Assembly: GCA_964629685.1 (NCBI GenBank)
Contig: CAZVTT010000003.1
Location: 86,038-150,037 of the forward strand
Origin: an uncultured Gammaproteobacteria bacterium
GTDB lineage: Bacteria; Patescibacteriota; Microgenomatia; UBA10105; UBA927
DNA length: 64,000 nt
Reading direction: 5' to 3'
Each line of letters opens with the position of its first letter. Position 1 is the stretch's first letter. A program made the translations under genes and the position numbers. The notes under the pieces were generated by a model. That model searched no databases and was not told the DNA's origin. It saw only the letters and a program-made list of their open reading frames with translations. Shown here piece by piece: positions 53,701 through 56,700 of the stretch.

Positions 53701-56700
53701 AATAAGCGTCCTCCATGACTGGTCTCGTTGACCTTCACAAACACTTCCGGGTATTCCCTGATTCACACAGGTATTCAGCTGCGCACCTATCTCGGCTATT
53801 TGTGTTTGAGTACGGACGGAAAACGCATACGAATTCAATTGAGACTGGGTTTGCCGTACGGCTGTTAAACCCTGAGACCGACAGGCATTCTGATCTCCTG
53901 CATTCCGACAAAGATCATCAACTCGTGAGTTCATAACAGTACTTACCGCCGCCACACAGCGCTCCTGCTGGGCGACATCGGAGCCTGCACGTTCTATACA
54001 GCCTTGTGAAGCCTGAGCACTCGCCTGAAGTGTCTGGTTTACCCGATATCCGGATAAAATAGAGCGGCATGTCTCACTATTGTCCCCGGCACACTCACCG
54101 GTAGTAACCGCAGTATTCCAAGCAGAATTTCTTTGGCTCTCACAGATACTGCCGGGAATACCTTGACTTATGCAGTCATTGATATCTTCACCTATCGCAG
54201 CTATTTGTGCTTGCGTTCTTACACTAAACGCATATTGATCCAAATTGGCGGATACTTGCGTCTGCGTTCTCTGTGCCTGAAGTCTGCAGGTGCTTTGATT
54301 ACCTGCAGCAGCACAGACATTTTCAACCTGTGATGTAAAGGCGTTATTTACAAGCGAAATACACCGTTCCTGTTCGGCGGCATTGTCGGGATTTCGATCT
54401 ATACACCGTTGTGCGGATTCCGCACCGTTATTTGCTGCAACGTTCACCTGAAAAGAAGCGGCAATATCCCGACAATTTGTCTGGTTTGCGGCACATTCGC
54501 CCTGGGTAGCAAATGTCGAGAGTGCCGTATCATAGCGATTCTGACAATTGGAGACGGTACTGTCGCTACGGGCATTTTGGATACACGTAGTATATTCCGA
54601 TCGATAATCTTCCAGTACATCCTGCTGCCGTACCACAAACGCCACGGACGTAAGTCTTTGCTGTTCCTGCGTTACGGCTTGGCTAGAGTTGGCCCGGCAG
54701 GCAGCAGGATCTGAAGCACTTGCACAGAGTGTATTTATATTTGTCGTCATTACAGTCCGTACAGCATTTACACAACGCTGTTGTGCCTGAGCCATAGTGG
54801 TTTCACCTAACGTCGCATCCGGCTCGACCCGCTCTAAGCAGGACTGTGCTCCCGAACTGCTCCCCTGCAACGTTAATCCAACCTGATAATTTACCAATAC
54901 ATCGCGACAACTGGCGGAATTCGCACCAGCACATTCTCCCGTCGTTACCGCTCTGTTCCAGGCAGTACTTCTTTGGCTTTCACAAACACTTCCCGGTATT
55001 CCCTGATTTACGCATGTCGTTAGCTGAGCATTTATCGTCTCGAGCTGTGTTTGGGTTCTGACGTTAAATGCATATGAATTTAATTGGGTTGTAGTTTGGG
55101 TAACGTTTTGCGTCGCTTGAGCCCGACAGCCTGCCTGATCTGCAGTATTCCGGCATAGATCTTCTATTCTGGTATTCATAACCGTACTCACGGCAGTTAC
55201 ACACAGCTGTTGTTGTTGGGTATCTGAACCGGCACGTTCTATACATCCTTGCGAAGCCTGGGCACTTGCCTGCAATGTCTGTCCGACACGATAACTCGCC
55301 AATACATCCTGACAGGTGGCGGTATTTTCACCGGCACAGTCACCGGTTGTAACCAATCTATTCCACTCAGTGTTTCGCTGGCTTTCACAAATACTGCTCG
55401 GTATTCCCTGTCGTATACATTCATTCAATCGGTCGCCGACGGCCACGATATTTGCCTGCGTGGTATACGCGAGTACCTGGGTATCAACGGTAGATGTAAT
55501 TCTCTCTACTGCCGCGATTCTCCCCTGGCAGGTGGCATCCGTAGGCGGACATGTATCTGGACGCTGTTGATTTAACTGTCCCTCCAGTCTGGTTATTTCT
55601 GCTCGTGTGGCGCTACAGCGGGCAGCCTGATCAGAAGTGGTTACCTGTCCGGCGGCACATTCCGTTTCCAACCGTACCCGACTGGTTACCAAGTTTTCCG
55701 CCAGTTGAGCGTTCTGTTGCTGCACAGCCACTGCCGATTGCTGTACGTCTACGTAAAACAATGCATTTTCGGCTTGAGACCTGACGATATTACAGGCTAT
55801 ACCTGTTAAACCGCCGCAATTTTGTGCTATAAGTCGAAGCTGATTTTCGTTTGCCGTTTGAGACCGGTTACACTCTATTGTGGTGCTCCCTTCCGGACAA
55901 ACCAATCCCTGTAAGGCAGTATTTGTTCGTTGGTCTACCAGCGCCAGCGAACGACGGACCTGATCCCGTTGCGAATTCAGCGCCGTAAGTTCGGCTGACA
56001 CTGCCTCAGCCTGATTCTCACAGACCTGCAATGCCAATCCCGAAAGATTCCGACAGGAACCGAGTGTTCCGGTAGAAGCTGTCTGTAATGTGTTGTTGCA
56101 TGCCGCCAGCACATATTGATTTCCGTTTGCACCTTCACAGGCTATCGCGCGTACGGCCGAATTTACGGAGTTGTCTACCCTGTCCAAAGCTCCTCGCAAC
56201 TGTACACTTTGCTCCGCTAAATCCGCAGTACCGGCAATCGTATTTTGGGTAGCGTTATTTATCGGTGCACATCCTGCCGGCGTGTATTCACATTCTCTTC
56301 TGATTTCAGCGTTTAATGTATCCAGTCTTTGCTGAATCCTCCGTTGTTCAGCCTGGCACTGAGCAATGTTACCGCTCGTACATACTGCCGCATTTACGCT
56401 TTGCTGTGTTAAGTCCTGCAATTCTTCAGACCTTTGGGTCACATAAATATCGACCGAACGAACGGCACCTACGCGTTGATCGGCATATTCCCGTGGATCT
56501 AACTCGGTCGTCTTTCCGGTACCGTCACGTTTGGTTAATGCAGAGCAGGTTTGCCAGTGATAAATTTGTTGCATTTGCCTGCATAAATCTCCACCCGGTG
56601 CAAACTCCCCGATGGTACGGTTATTGGAAACATTAATACACGACTCTTCGTTTGTACGCGTATCTACGCCACAGATTAATGCCGTACCGTTTGGATTGTA

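Noticed and set aside
47962-55422. Possibility that the regular ~411-bp repeats are a CRISPR array or a satellite or mobile-element array
   Set aside because: The repeats are about 411 bp (far too long for CRISPR), have no spacer/repeat alternation, and are all in frame within one ORF encoding conserved Cys-containing protein units.
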